From Tricharina praecox (taxonomy: Eukaryota): a stretch of DNA of 64,000 bases. The stretch spans positions 496,001 through 560,000 of the forward strand of contig NW_026250415.1 in assembly GCF_024521635.1 (NCBI RefSeq). The letters are read 5' to 3'. This document shows positions 1 through 12,327 of the stretch, in pieces. A model generated the notes under the pieces. That model was not told the origin of the DNA. It worked only from the letters and a program-made list of their open reading frames with translations, and ran no database searches. Made by a program: the position numbers and the translations under genes. How positions within the stretch are numbered: the stretch's first letter is position 1; each line of letters opens with the position of its first letter.

Positions 1-646
1 TCCGGGACTTTGTTGAGGCCCCCAGTCAGATGCTCGAGAACTGGTGTTGGACGGTATCCGAGCTCACATCGCTGTCAAGCCACTACAAGACGGGCGAGAG
101 TATCCCCAAGGATATGATTGACAACATCATCCGTACCAAGAATATCAATGCGTCTCTCTTCAACCTCCGCCAGCTCCACTTCGCCTTCTACGACATGAAG
201 GTGCATGACCTCGCCACACCAGAAGACGCTGAGAAGGTCGACCCCACTTCTGAGTACAACAACCTTAGGACGGATATCACCATGCTTGACCCGCCGAAGG
301 GAATGGATGACCACTTCGGACATGGAGAGGCGACTTTCGGTCACTTGATGGGCGGGTACGATGCTGGTACGTCTCAAAGGAATTCACACATTGTTCCCCG
401 TGCTTGAACTGACGAAATTTCATAGGCTATTACGGCTACCTCTGGTCGCAGGTGTTTAGTACCGACATGTTCTACACAGCTTTCAAGAAGGCGCCTATGG
501 ATGCCGCTACCGGAAGGAGATACAGACATGCTGTGCTCGAGAAGGGTGGAAGCAGGGATGAGATGGATAGTCTGAAGGACTTCCTTGGACGCGAGCCGAA
601 CAGCGATGCGTTCTTTGAGGATCTTGGACTAGGAAAGAAGGCTTAA
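1..646 (+). CDS. PRD1: M3 family metallo-oligopeptidase (thimet oligopeptidase/saccharolysin/MepB-like), 3' part only
   Basis: RDFVEAPSQMLENW and FGHLMGGYDAG|YYGYLWSQVF motifs; intron 367-425 (GTACGT..CTGAC..TAG); stop TAA 644-646. Confidence 0.92.
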
Positions 647-1026
647 ATGGTTGTTTGCCTGTGACTCTAGGGACTATGAATCGAAGCCTGTGGTGCATGG
701 ATTGTAAAAAAAAACTGGCTATGGTGAGATATGTGTAGATGACCAAGTTTATGAAATTTTGTGACTGCAACATGGTAAGGCCGAAATCAAAGTGCAAGTA
801 GAGGCCTATCGCACCAGCTTTTTGGCAGCCTTATGAAATCTGCACTAGCTAGAGTAGGTATACTACCTGACGACTAATCGCATACGACAGGGGATGGTTT
901 GGATCAGCATAAATAGAATACAGCGCGAAGCTTTGTGAATCAGTGAATTATTGCATGCCTTACGTCTCAACCTGCATGATAATGTAAGCGTACGTAATAC
1001 AAGACCTGGCTCATGGTGAACCCAAT

Positions 1027-1125
1027 GGCAACGTGTCCGAGTGGTTAAGGAGTATGACTCGAATACTCTACAGTTAATGATATCATATGGGTTCGCCCGC
1101 GCAAGTTCGAATCTTGTCGTTGTCG
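1027..1125 (+). tRNA. tRNA-Ser(CGA) with 18-nt intron (1064-1081)
   Basis: Acceptor stem GGCAACG/CGTTGTC, D arm GTCCGAGTGGTTAAGG, anticodon arm TATGA-CTCGAA..A-TCATA, long variable arm GGGTTCGCCC, T loop GTTCGAATC, discriminator G, downstream T-run. Confidence 0.95.
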
Positions 1126-3561
1126 CTATCTTTTTTGGTTTTTTTATCTTGAGGTACGTATGTAGCCTGCTGGCCAAATCGGTCTGCTGGCTGGAGATCA
1201 GCCCTTTGGCCAAGAGGCTAGATGTACGCACAGACCCGGGCAAGGAATTAATGGGCAATTGGCACATGCCAACCTGGTTTTCCGAGCGATCATACTCATG
1301 TCATCAAGATCTCGTTGGGGTTTGCAAATCGATAAGATACGGTAATGGGGGCTCTGCGTCTGTGCCAATTCCCAACCACAAGTTGTATGTATAAAAAGTA
1401 GATTTCATCCATCGAGGTAATTATGTACTTATGTACTATACACCCCTCCTCATTCCGATGAGCCCGTTGAGGCCGGCGCGGCAAGTGGGCGCAATGGCGA
1501 TCGCCCTTTTCATCTGAAAACTCATTCAGCTTCTTTCTCTGGAACACCTCAAGCCCTTTTGCTCTCTGCCTGGACTTTTTTCTTGTATATACTAATAAGG
1601 GGCGTTGGTTATTACCTAGGTCCTACATACAGTCTACTCCACCGTAGCAGGGACGGGCAGTACCTTACTTTCGCCGGTAAACTGGTGGCTATGTACGTAG
1701 CACTCTCCCCGGGTATCTTCTCGATTTACTAACTGCGCTATGTATTCACCAATGAGGTCTCTGCTACACGAGTACAACTAGGTAGGTACCGGGTGGAGTC
1801 GTGCTGTTCGGGCGGTTTTTGCGATTGCAGGGTCCAGTTCGCGGATCGTGACGTGCAGTTTGCAGGATTTGGGCCGGCTTCAGCTGAGGAACTTCGTTGC
1901 TTGCATCGGTGATCCCCAGAGGCTTGCGGGGCGGCAAAAATCTTGGAACTTCGTCCTACATACATGCAACTGCAATAACCCCGGGACCTGGGTACATACT
2001 CAGATCTATGTACCTACGCAGTGAATCGGGTATGTAAAAAGCGATACACTAGGTACTATGTAGTAGGAAGGGTACTGTAGAGTACCACCTGACCTTTACT
2101 GCAGACGTCTATGTAAGCGCTGAACTGTAATACCCAGTAAGCCGCTTGACCGGGTGGAGTAGGTAGCATGAGTGATCAATGATGATCGTCCTGTTCATCA
2201 TGTCCGCCTCCGACTTCAACGTCAACGTCGCCTTCAACGCGCCATCGCCGCTTCCCCAGAGTCAACCACTACTCGCAGCCATATCCAAAGCCCGCCGATA
2301 GGTGGCTGGAACACCCCACTCTCAGGCTGCCAGCGGACCCATTCTCACTCACTGAAACTCAGCTGAAGTTTGTCTCACTTCCCCCCGCACACGGCAGGTA
2401 GCCCCCACTGCGTATATATAACTGGTCGGATTTCGGACTTCGCTTTCGTGACGTGAACAGGCTTATGTAGAGTACCGTTGCATGAGCGTTTGTATGTATG
2501 TATGACATGGGCGGCTTCGGGAAAGAGGTCGGGCCGTATATCTACGTAGGAACTAGGTACTCACATATGCTAGCCCATCCCCATGCGGTCCTGGTTTGCC
2601 GAAACCCCCGGGCTACGTATCTACCTAGTTGGCTGGCCAGCGCTTCACCAAATCCTGCCTGACCGTCTACCTAGTGTTCCCACAAATACCTCTCCGAGCG
2701 GACCAGCCCCCTCTGCCATACCTGGTTTTCCACATGGGTGACGGGCCGGTCGGAGTGCAGCAGTGCGTTAGAGGCTAGCCCTTCGGGCAAGGGGTCGGTC
2801 ACCTGATGACGGGAGTCAGTCCCTCGGCCGATACATACATAGCTGGAATGTTTTCTCAGCCGGCTATCCAGGACAATTCTAGCTGTGGTATGTATAAGTA
2901 TCTAGAGGTACTGGCTGAGAAACAAGCTGGTGGTTGCCAGTTAACCAAAACACCCGTGATTGAAACATCGCCATCCTCCCGACGGTCACCTCAGCGGAGT
3001 TCCTACGGTGAACCTTCCAAGCCAGCGCATGATTGACGCTCTGGGAGGGGGGTGGGGGGATGCGTTGCCTGCCGGGGAGCTTCGCAAGGATGTGAGTTCT
3101 GCTGCCTGCAAATCGATGCCGATGGCTTCGGGGGATTACTCGCTTGTCTCGCATGATGATTGGCGCCTCGGGGATCGTTCGCTTGTCTCGCACGGTAGAT
3201 CGTGATTGGCACTTCGCATTCCCAGCGTGTTCAGTGGTGATCCTGCCGAGGAACGAAGCTGCAGGTCACGTGTGTCCGAGTGAGACAGGTTCTTGCTCCC
3301 CCCAGAAAGGAAGGCTATCCGTCCACAACGCAAAGGCGGGCGTCTGTGTAGAGGGTATTGTCGCGAGATCAACACAATCCCCCGCCATAGATCTTCATGA
3401 TTGTCTCGGATGCTTCGGCAATGTACTAGTAGCAATGTAGCATCCTCCCAAAGCTTGGTTCGCCAGGGCCAGAGGGAGTATATAAACCGTGGTCGAGTAA
3501 CCGTCCTTGAGTTAGAATTCTCATATACACACAGAAGAACCTATTGAACGCAGCAACAGCA

Positions 3562-5277
3562 ATGTCTCCTCTAGCCTCCACATTCTGTTCGCTTTCCGTA
3601 TCCCCTTCCTCCGTCTCCGTCCCCGGCGACGAGACATACACCGCCCAGAACAGCCAGCATTGGTCTGGCACCACCATACTCTCCCCATGCCTCATTTTCA
3701 CGCCCAGCAGCACGTCCGAGCTCTCTGCGGGGCTGCAGCACCTGGTGTCCACCAACACGCCGTTTGCGGTGCGTAACGGAGGCCACATGCCGAATAACAG
3801 CTGGTCCTCGGTCGACAACGGCGTAATGATCTCGATGGAGAAGTTCGCCGGGATCGAGTATGATACTGCGACGGAGGTGGCCAAGATTGGCGCCGGATTG
3901 AGGTGGAAGGATGTCTTCGCCTCGATGGCGAAGTATGGTAGAGCCGTCAATGGAGGAACGAACGGTGCGCCTAGCGTGGGTGGCCTCACTCTGGGAGGTG
4001 GAATCGGGTACTACCACAACCGCCTTGGGTACACCGCGAATGGCGTGGTAAACTTTGAGGTTTGTCTCCTTCTCTCTCACACTCTCTCTCTTCCCTGCCG
4101 TGGATTATGTGTGCTGATGGCAAGGGAATATCTAGGTTGTCCTGTCCTCCGGCAAGGTCGTGAATGCGAATGCATCCGAGAACCCCGACCTCTTCTGGGC
4201 GCTCAGAGGTGGCGGCAACAATCTCGGCATAGTGACACAGCTCGACTTCACCACAGTCCCGACGGAGTCGGGCGTCTGGGCCGGTACGATGATCTTCGTG
4301 GGCGCAGCCTACAACCCCGCCATCGAGGCGATGAACGAGTTCATCAATAATCACTCCCACGACGAGGATGTCTCCATCATGTTCACTTCTAGGCCGGGAA
4401 TGCTGGTGGCCGTGATGTTCCATGACGGTGATGCTGCCGGAAAAAGACCGGAGGCGTTCGAGAGGTTCAAGAAGATCGGACCGATGGTTGATACCGTCGC
4501 ACTCACTACTGTGGCGGAGATGGGCAAGAAGAGTGCCGAGTCGTCGCCCAATGGCCTTCGGTTCGTAACCTCCCCTCTTCCTGCTGGGGTATGTATGTAC
4601 ACATACTGATGCAAATCCGATGGATAGGAGATACTTCAATACCCTCACCGTCAAAAAGGATACCCAACTCCTCAGCACACTCATACAACAGTACGAGCAG
4701 GGGCTGCAGAGGGAGAACCTCGGGGCCCAAGTGGAGGGATTCGCCCCCCATTTCGCCGTAATGACGCTTACCCACAACTTCCTGGAGAAGAGCAAGCACG
4801 GCCCCGCAGCCGTCAGTGACCCCAACGGCGATGAACTGATCTGTATGCCTTCCCCAGTCTCCTACCCGTACATACCCCATACACTGCTAACATCGATCAG
4901 GTATCGTCCAGCTGAGCACATGGAGGAACGCATCGGACGATGAGCTGGTACACGCAGCGACCGAAAAGATCACGCAAGAGCTGCAGGCTACGGCGGAAAA
5001 TCAGGGAGCACTCAATCCCTTCATATTCATGAACCATGCAGGAGTGAAGCAGGATGTTTTCGGTGGGTACAGAAAGGAGAATGTGGACAAGTTAAGGGAG
5101 GTAGCGGGGAGGTACGATCCAGACGGTGTGTTCCAGACGCTTCTGAAGGGCGGGTTCAAGCTGGGATTCTTGAAGGAGGCACCGGTAGCGAGGTTGTATG
5201 CTCCAGACGCTATCTTCGAGACGCTTCTGAAGGGCGGCTTCGAGGCGGGATTGAGGGAGGAGACTGTGTGCGTGTAA
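3562..5277 (+). CDS. FAD-linked oxidoreductase (BBE/VAO-like, FAD_binding_4)
   Basis: VRNGGH flavin-attachment motif, VGGLTLGGG, NPDLFWALRGGGNNLG, YDPDGVF; introns 4060-4135, 4561-4627 and 4843-4900 give a continuous frame; TATA-like TATATAAA near 3480. Confidence 0.9.
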
Positions 5278-5559
5278 CTTTCGTCGGATGTTAAAGTTCG
5301 GGGGGTTCCATTTTCATTGTTGTTGCTTTATGCTGGTTGTCCTTTTATAATACGTACCATCGACTTCATGTGCCTACGAGTAATGTTATCCGAATCAGAT
5401 ACGATCGTTTCACAGGCTATGTAATCACTCGGAGCGTGAAGGTCATCTTATCTTATCTTATCGCTGCCCATCAAAAGCCCTTTACCCTAGCTTGTCGGCC
5501 AACCTTACGAGCCTAGCCTGTCGGCCAAAGTAGAGCTTGGCACCCTACCCAGAGCCACC

Positions 5560-5566
5560 TATAAAA
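5560..5566 (+). promoter_or_regulatory. TATA box of the U1 snRNA gene
   Basis: TATAAAA about 40 nt upstream of the U1 5' end. Confidence 0.6.
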
Positions 5567-5601
5567 GGCCCGGCTCCCACCTCCAATGACTTTTCTTCTT
5601 C

Positions 5602-5750
5602 ATACTTACCTTGATGCGACTTTGGCAGCTCATTGATTGTCAGAGTCCGAAAGCAACAAAATCTTCATTGCACAGCGAGGGTTGAGCTTTTGTGAAGTGC
5701 CTTCGGGTGCTCTCGGCGTCGCAATTTTTGATTTATCCCATTACTTGGTA
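5602..5750 (+). ncRNA. U1: U1 spliceosomal snRNA
   Basis: 5' ATACTTACCT; stem I GACTTTGGCAG/TTGTCAGAGTC; stem II loop ATTGCACAGC (5667-5676, U1A-type); stem III with TTCG loop; helix H TGATGC/GCGTCG; Sm site AATTTTTG (5723-5730); 3' end approximate. Confidence 0.92.
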
Positions 5751-6889
5751 TTTTTTTTTTCGTTGATGTGCTGGGCGCTGCCGAGCCGTTGAAGAAAAGA
5801 GGTAACTTGTACTTATTCGTGAGATCGGAAGTGCATGGGGCTGGCGGAGTGATAATTATTCGCTCGCGCGCCCCGGCGGGACAGACGTATCCGTGCCGTA
5901 CGTACAAAATCTACATAGGGATGCAGCCTTGCTGCTAGATAACGTTCTTATCTTCATCCTCGGGTATGCAGTGGCAGTTGCCTAGGTACGCATGTGCTAC
6001 TACTGGTAGATATATAAGGCTGCACCGCAGACGCGCATGTTTGCTGATGGGGCTGAACACTGGGGAATGCTCGTCACACCTTAGTATGTAGTCAGTATGG
6101 TGATCACTGTTCGCCCTATTCCCAACCCCCACGGGCGCGTTCCTGGCATCATATGTAGAATTCCGACGCTCTGGGATGCAATGCACATCAGCCCCTGGTG
6201 ACACCTCACAGTCATGTTGTTCTGGAAACGTTCCTTGTGCATATCATATGAATGTAGTGTTACAACAACGAGCTGCTTCCCGGCGTCATCGTGCAAACGT
6301 GCATGAGGAAAGTGCGCATAGGACGTGAAGAGTTGCGCGTTGGGCGTTGGGGCCCAGACTTATATGTCGCGTACTATTCTAGAATAACTGAAGAGCAGTA
6401 TTGTAGCACAAGCGCAAACCTCCCGTATCTGGCCACCCCGCTGCGCGTGCCGTATACCTGCATACCGTACTCCGCGGGAGTCGACGGCATGCATAAAAAG
6501 GAATTGGCGAAGTCCTACCGCACGGCACCGCACCGTGGTTGCCTCCGCGGTTGCCTCCGTAACTGTCTCCGGGCTCCTCCCGTACGACATAAATCGGAAA
6601 AGTAGCCCGGCTTCGCCGCTTCCTCACTTTCTAGGCAACCGGCGAGTGCTCGTTTGCAAAGCAGCGGGTTTTCTGTGTAGAAGGTTTACGAGCTCACGGG
6701 TAGGCGCGGCAATGCCCGGGGCAATTTTCGAGTGATGGCATGTGATTGTCAGTTTTATGTGATATCGTGGGAACGTCCTGATTCCAGCCCGTCGTCTAAC
6801 GGGTAGGCACCTACCGTATCGGGAAGTTTTAGAGGTCTACTGTGCTTCCGAGGGCGTGTCCCGTCTCACTGCGGCTATACAGCTCCGGC

Positions 6890-7147
6890 TTGGAGCTGAG
6901 ACGCAGACCAGACCGGCAATTTTCCGGTCTGGATAAAATTGAGCAGACCAGACCTCATCCGACGGCAGTTAGAGCGTTTTCGACACCTAACGTTGTTTCT
7001 TAGCCAGACTTATCCCGACCTAGGTATGTCTGGTCGGTCGGGATATATCCCGTCCCGACCTGCAATTTTTGGTCTGTATATATCCCGGCCCGACCAGATC
7101 ACACCCAAATTTGGTCGGGACTGGTCTATGTAGAACACTGGCTCCAA
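6890..7147. mobile_element. MITE-like relic with imperfect inverted ends
   Basis: Left TTGGAGCTGAGACGCAGACCAGACCGG versus reverse complement of right end TTGGAGCCAGTGTTCTACATAGACCAGTCCCG; many internal (C)CGACC/AGACC subrepeats in both orientations; no TSD seen. Confidence 0.4.
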
Positions 7148-7373
7148 CTTTATGCTTTATCTCTCGAACAGGATCATCATTTCGGGCATTAATTAGGATA
7201 CATGAGGTAACACTTAGTACATGAGGAAACAAAAACAGTCTTCAAAAAACAGTAAACATCCGGCGAAGCAGAATCTAATAAACCTCCTGACAGAACATGG
7301 AAACAAAACCCAAAAACACAGAAAGCAAAACAAAACCAACCAACCCGACACAGCCCCTCCAATAACCGATCCC

Positions 7374-8078
7374 TCAACAGGGAGCCTGATCCCTCGCGGG
7401 CTCCTCCTCGCAATCCATCTCGCTCCCGTCGCTCTTCCCGCCGCTCGAAGACGGCACTTCCGGGAGATCCTCTTCCTGCTCGCTCTCTATGCGGCTCATG
7501 AGGGCATTTGCAGTCTTGACCAGAATTCTGATCATTTCCTTCTGGGCCGTCAGTTCTACGCGGCGAAGGGCGGCGTCCTGGGTGGTGGCCGAGTTCTCGG
7601 CCATGTTCCGCGCCTTCCGCGTGAGGTGCGACTTCAGGTGGATGTTGAGATTATCCTTCCGCGAGAAGCCGTGCTTGTTGCGGAAGCACTTGAGATGCGT
7701 GCACGTGTATGGCTTGTTGTGCGTGTCCATGTGCCGTCTGGAACATGATATGATCCGTCAGCGCGATGAGGGATTGAAAGGGGGTGGGGATTAAGTGACT
7801 TGTAGGCGGATCTGGCGCCTTTGCCGGTGAATACCCGGTCTTCGTCTTTGGAAGCGCATGACTGGAAGGTACAGCGGAGGATCGGACTGGCGATCTCAAC
7901 GTTAGGCTCCGGGAGCCGCAGGGAGGCCGGCTGAGATTCCGTCTGGGAACCAGCATTGGACTTTTGAAGTGGGGGCGGGGATGTCAATGCCTCGGTCTTT
8001 CTCGTTTCGCCACCGGGGCGATCAGGGAGCACTTACACGTTCTGCCGGCTGGATGGAGTTTTCAAAGATTGAGCCCAT
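7374..8078 (-). CDS. Small two-finger C2H2 zinc-finger protein with acidic tail (copy A)
   Basis: Exons 8078-8037, 7960-7800, 7737-7374; CTFQSC..YK|RHMDTHNKPYTCTHLKC..GFSRKDNLNIHLKSH. Confidence 0.8.
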
Positions 8079-8999
8079 TTCGCTGTAAGAGGTTGGAAGG
8101 AGGGAAGTGAGGCTCGTGGGAGATGGGAGCTAGACAATGTGAAGTTGAATACGGATAGCTAGCTATTCGGCAGAGCAAGAGGCAGATACTTGAGAACAAT
8201 GATGAAGCTGTGATGATGGGGAATGATTGTTGAACCGTGGGTAGTATATATACCCCTCTAAGGAAAGATAAGGTTGGTCTTGTTGAGTAAGAGGATCGAT
8301 GGGCCTTCACCTCAATGTCACTAAGGTCTTACAACGATGTCAGCCTGAGTGTCCACGAGGAAGGATGAAAACTCTAACATGGTTCAGTGCCGCACAGTCG
8401 TGCCTAAGGCAACAAGGCGCTGTCCCGGGATGATTACCGGGAAGCCTCAGGTGCGCACACCAAGGCACCAACCGCAATAGTTTCGAACGCTAGAGTAAGC
8501 AACGAATCCATAGATACCAGGCTCCCGTGAGCCCGTTTGATCGGCGACGGCTGTGCTTCTAGCCTTTTGAAAAGCCGGCAGTGACGCCAGTGATTGTTCG
8601 GCAATAATTCGGTTCCATAATTGATGTGGAGAAACAGCGGTTTCGGCGCCTACATGATCTACGCTCTGTACGAGGCAGGGCCAGCGTACATATAGCTTAG
8701 TTGTGCGTTGTGCTTTTACTTGCGAGAGGGTTAATGTGGACGGAAACTTCGGCTTATCTTGACAGGACGTGGAGGCGTACCGAGCCCGTTTGGCGAACCT
8801 GGGTAGTGGCGGGGCCGGCCCCACGTATCAGAAACCGCAGCCTTCAACAGGGATACTTGTCACGTCGACGGTCGAGGCTATCGATGAACCACCGATAGAA
8901 GTCGCCTTGCTATGTTGGCATGTAGACGAATCGACAGTCCGGCCCCGATTGCTCGACCGCCAGCGACGCGGGAGCATGAGGAAGAAGCCGCACGCGAGA

Positions 9000-9520
9000 C
9001 ACCCACAACCCACAGCCACAACACCGATCCTCTCTTCGTTGTCTTCATCTTCTTCTTCAACTTCGTTTTTCATCATCTTCTTCGATTTCGTTTTCTTCTT
9101 CTCCGTCTTGGCACGTGCTGGCGACAAGAGTTGTGTCGATTGATTGGTTGAAGTGCAAGAACGAAAACGAACGACAACTGGTCACAGTGTCTGCCAGCAC
9201 ATCCCGGGCGATAATAAGCGCCAGCCCTGTGGCCGCCTCGAAAGTTGCATGTTGCCCTAGTCGTCGACCTGAGAACTTGCAGGAGAACAAGTCAACCTCA
9301 GGTTTACCGTTCCTCCATTCCTCCAGTCACACCCAATGGAGTGGGATGCGCAGAGCCAGCGACTCGTCTCCACTGCCTAGCCCGTCATGGAAAGCGTATG
9401 CCCGAATCTGGAAATCGGAAGATCGGCAGCCCCTTCCCCCTCAAGTTCGTCATTACAAGTGGGAAAAACCTCTCGTCACACCTTGTTTGTAACACCGAGT
9501 CCATTTGACTCTGTATAAAT
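9000..9520 (-). pseudogene. Heavily decayed relic of the same C2H2 family (copy B)
   Basis: Acceptor TACAG|AGTCAAATGGACTCG resembles CAG|ACGGCACATGGACACG of copy A; CYKQGVTRGFSH relic; acidic tail; GAGAGGATCGGTGTTGTGGCTGTGGGTTG resembles the copy A stop/3' sequence GAGGGATCGGTTATTGGAGGGGCTGTGTCGGGTTG. Confidence 0.45.
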
Positions 9521-10019
9521 ACCGAGCCTCCACCCGCTCTTCGCATCGCTTCTGTTTCGCGTGTGTACAATACATTCAACCGAAATCAGCCGTAGGTAGA
9601 CGAGTAAGCTAGCTCCAGAGAGGTCATTGCATTCGAACTACTTAACCTATGGTTGTCTCCGTGATTTTGACAAAGGCCCTTCGTAACTACATAGTGCGCA
9701 ACCATGGCTAACCTCGAGAATCCAAACTTCCACTCAACCATCCACAGACAGACGCGAATTATAGGTACGACCGAAGATTCTCGACACGATCGTTTTATCT
9801 CCCTCCCTGCCCCGGCTTCAAATGTCGGGCCGCAAGCTGAAATCCCCAATCGCACGACGATTTCGAACGTGAACGATTGCCAGTTTCCACTGTCCAGCCT
9901 TGCCCGGGCCCCGGTCCTCAAAACACAGGTCCGAGGCTCGGTATCGTACGACATCTATCTACCTACCTACCTACGGGACCGGATAAGTGCCGTGCTGCGA
10001 TATCGGATACATGTGCCTA

Positions 10020-10880
10020 TGTATGATACAGACTGATCATCACCAGGCCGGGCATGCAATCGCAACCGAGCCGGCGGAACCCATAGGGCCACAGGCTACA
10101 GCCGACCCCGATAACCAGCCGTCGAACAGAGCTGCAGCCTACAGGCCGCTTCCCCGCCGGGCCTTTCTTGTGCACAGTGCACCTACATGCCCGGCCTGCG
10201 AGGCCTCCCGCCCCCGAGGCCCGCAAATTCATGGGCCCGCCCACAAATCCGTGCCTGAATCCTCCTCGAGTGTGTGTGCTTCGGACCTTCGGTACCAGCG
10301 GCCCCGTACTGAAGCTAGCAGTCAAGGCTCCAGACTCTAGGCTCTACTACAGGCGTCACATGCACGGTCACCAGAAACCATACCTCTGCCCTGCCCTGAG
10401 GGCCTGGGCGTTGGTGGTCACGGACTCACGGCTCAAGGACGGTTTACAACCTGACCGTTCACCTTAGGAGTCAAGACCCACGGTAAGAGGCGAGCCGGTC
10501 GAAGCAGGGGCCTCTCGGGGTGCGAGGTCAGGGGTCCGGGGAGTCATCGACGGCAGTGGATGGCGGTGGCGGTGGCGGTGGTGGCGGTGGTGGGCAAGCC
10601 GCAAGGACGAAATGCGCCTAGGTATTTGGCTTGGGGATGATAAGGTCTGGGCGTGTTGGGAGGAAGATGCATGTGTCGAAGCGACAAGGAGGGCAATGCG
10701 ACTGGCACAGGCGATGGTTGAATTCCGGTAGCTAGTTGGATTGCTAGTTGAGGAGGGCGATGGCGATGGCGATGACGAGGACGACTCAGAGGACAGCGTT
10801 GACAACAGCGACCATGAATCATGATGGCGAAGATCATCAGGACCGTAATGACGAGTCGGAGGACGACGCTAGCTGAACGG
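10020..10880 (+). pseudogene. Frameshifted C2H2 paralog (copy C); 5' boundary approximate
   Basis: CAGTGCACCTAC..GAGGCCCGCAAATTCATGGG..CCCGCCCACAAATC aligns with copy D exon 1; TACAG|RHMHGHQKPYLC; VKTH; acidic tail; donor GT lost, several indels and stops. Confidence 0.7.
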
Positions 10881-11704
10881 AGCAAACTCGCCGAAGAAAG
10901 GAAGGTTAACCGTTGCGGGCATCCGCATTTCAGGCTGCGTAGCGTAGCTGCGCAGGTACTATGTAGTTTTTTTTCTTTCTTGCCATGAATTTCTTGCCGT
11001 GAATTTCGCCTGCCTCTCGTAGTTACTACAGCGACGCATTCTTCCATATTCCTTTTCCCTGTGGTATCATATGATTCATATCTCGTCGTGAAATTCTATC
11101 GGTCGGATTGGAACTTAGAAGATCGTCCCGCAGACTCGCCGTCAGTGGCACCCAGCTTTCGCAGACTCAAGTCCAGCAACGTGGCATGCAGGCGCGGCAG
11201 AAGTGCGTAATGAGGCTGAGCCCCGGGAACGCCAGTTATATATTATCGCCACCGATCAGATCTACCTATCGCTGGAGAATCGAGAGTGCGGTGCGCTCGA
11301 GTGCAGGCTGCCCAACGGTATACCTAGTATATATGAAGTATGATGTATGTTAGACGGTGCCCACGCTATCCGAATGATATACTTGAGTATGGTGGCTTTC
11401 ACCTTTGGCCACCGTTTTCAAGCACGGCTCATGAGTCAGGTATGACTGATCCAAGCACCCAGCAAGTTGCCATCGAAGCCCCAGTACGGTAGGTACTCCC
11501 CGTCGATACGCACCGTATTTCCGTATTTAACTGCGGACGTCCCCCCTCACCCCACCCTGTCAGGAAGATATCTGGCACTGCACCTACCTACACCTTCAAC
11601 TACCAACCTTCACCGGATCAGATTATTTCACATCAGGGACGTCTTGGTTGAGAACCTACATACCCAGGAATCCACATCTGCATCTCGACCACCACCCCAC
11701 TCCG

Positions 11705-12327
11705 ATGTGTCCGCAGCCGTCCGTGAGTGCAGATCGCGAAGTCATAATACGGGAGCACCCGCCGAACCGCCGAGAACTCTCACCTCCACCAACACCGGCG
11801 GACAGGACCGAAAGCACGCAGATCACCGGCGGAGACCCAGCGGCGGCGGAGCCGCTACAGTGCACCTATTCCGCCTGCGCCTCGAAGGACGAGGACCGCA
11901 TATTTACTGGGCGAGGGGCAAAGCCCGCGTACAAGTCTGCGCCCCCCTTTTCCCAACAATTAGGTAAGTGGGATGCTGACGTTGCCGAAGACGCCATATG
12001 GATACGCACCACCGGCCGTACACATGTCCGAAGCCCACTTGCGGGCGCCACGTGAATGGCTTCTCGCGTCGGGATAACCTGAACGCACATTTGAAGACTC
12101 ACCAGAAGAGCCCTGTCCATGAACACCGCTCAGGATCGAGCCCGTTGGCGGGGCAGAGTGGAGTTAGGAAACAGCTACAGGGAATGTCGGGCGGCGAGAG
12201 GAAAAGGCTTGTGGATATCTTGCTTTTGTGCTTCGAGATGGGGTTCGAAGATGAAGATGAAGATCATAACGGCGAGGACGAAGACGTCGGTGAGAGTAGT
12301 GTTGTCGGAGACGAGGAGAAGGAATGA
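11705..12327 (+). CDS. Small two-finger C2H2 zinc-finger protein with acidic tail (copy D)
   Basis: CTYSACASKDEDRIFTGRGAKPAYK|RHMDTHHRPYTCPKPTC..GFSRRDNLNAHLKTH; intron 11935-11990 at the same position as in copy A; start tentative. Confidence 0.8.

Noticed and set aside
3128-3217. ~39-bp imperfect duplication containing TCGCTTGTCTCGCA
   Set aside because: Only two copies with no associated structure; probably local slippage
11935-11990. Internal TAG|GTAAGT suggesting twin or recursive introns
   Set aside because: The two parts (29 and 27 nt) are too short and the first lacks a branch point
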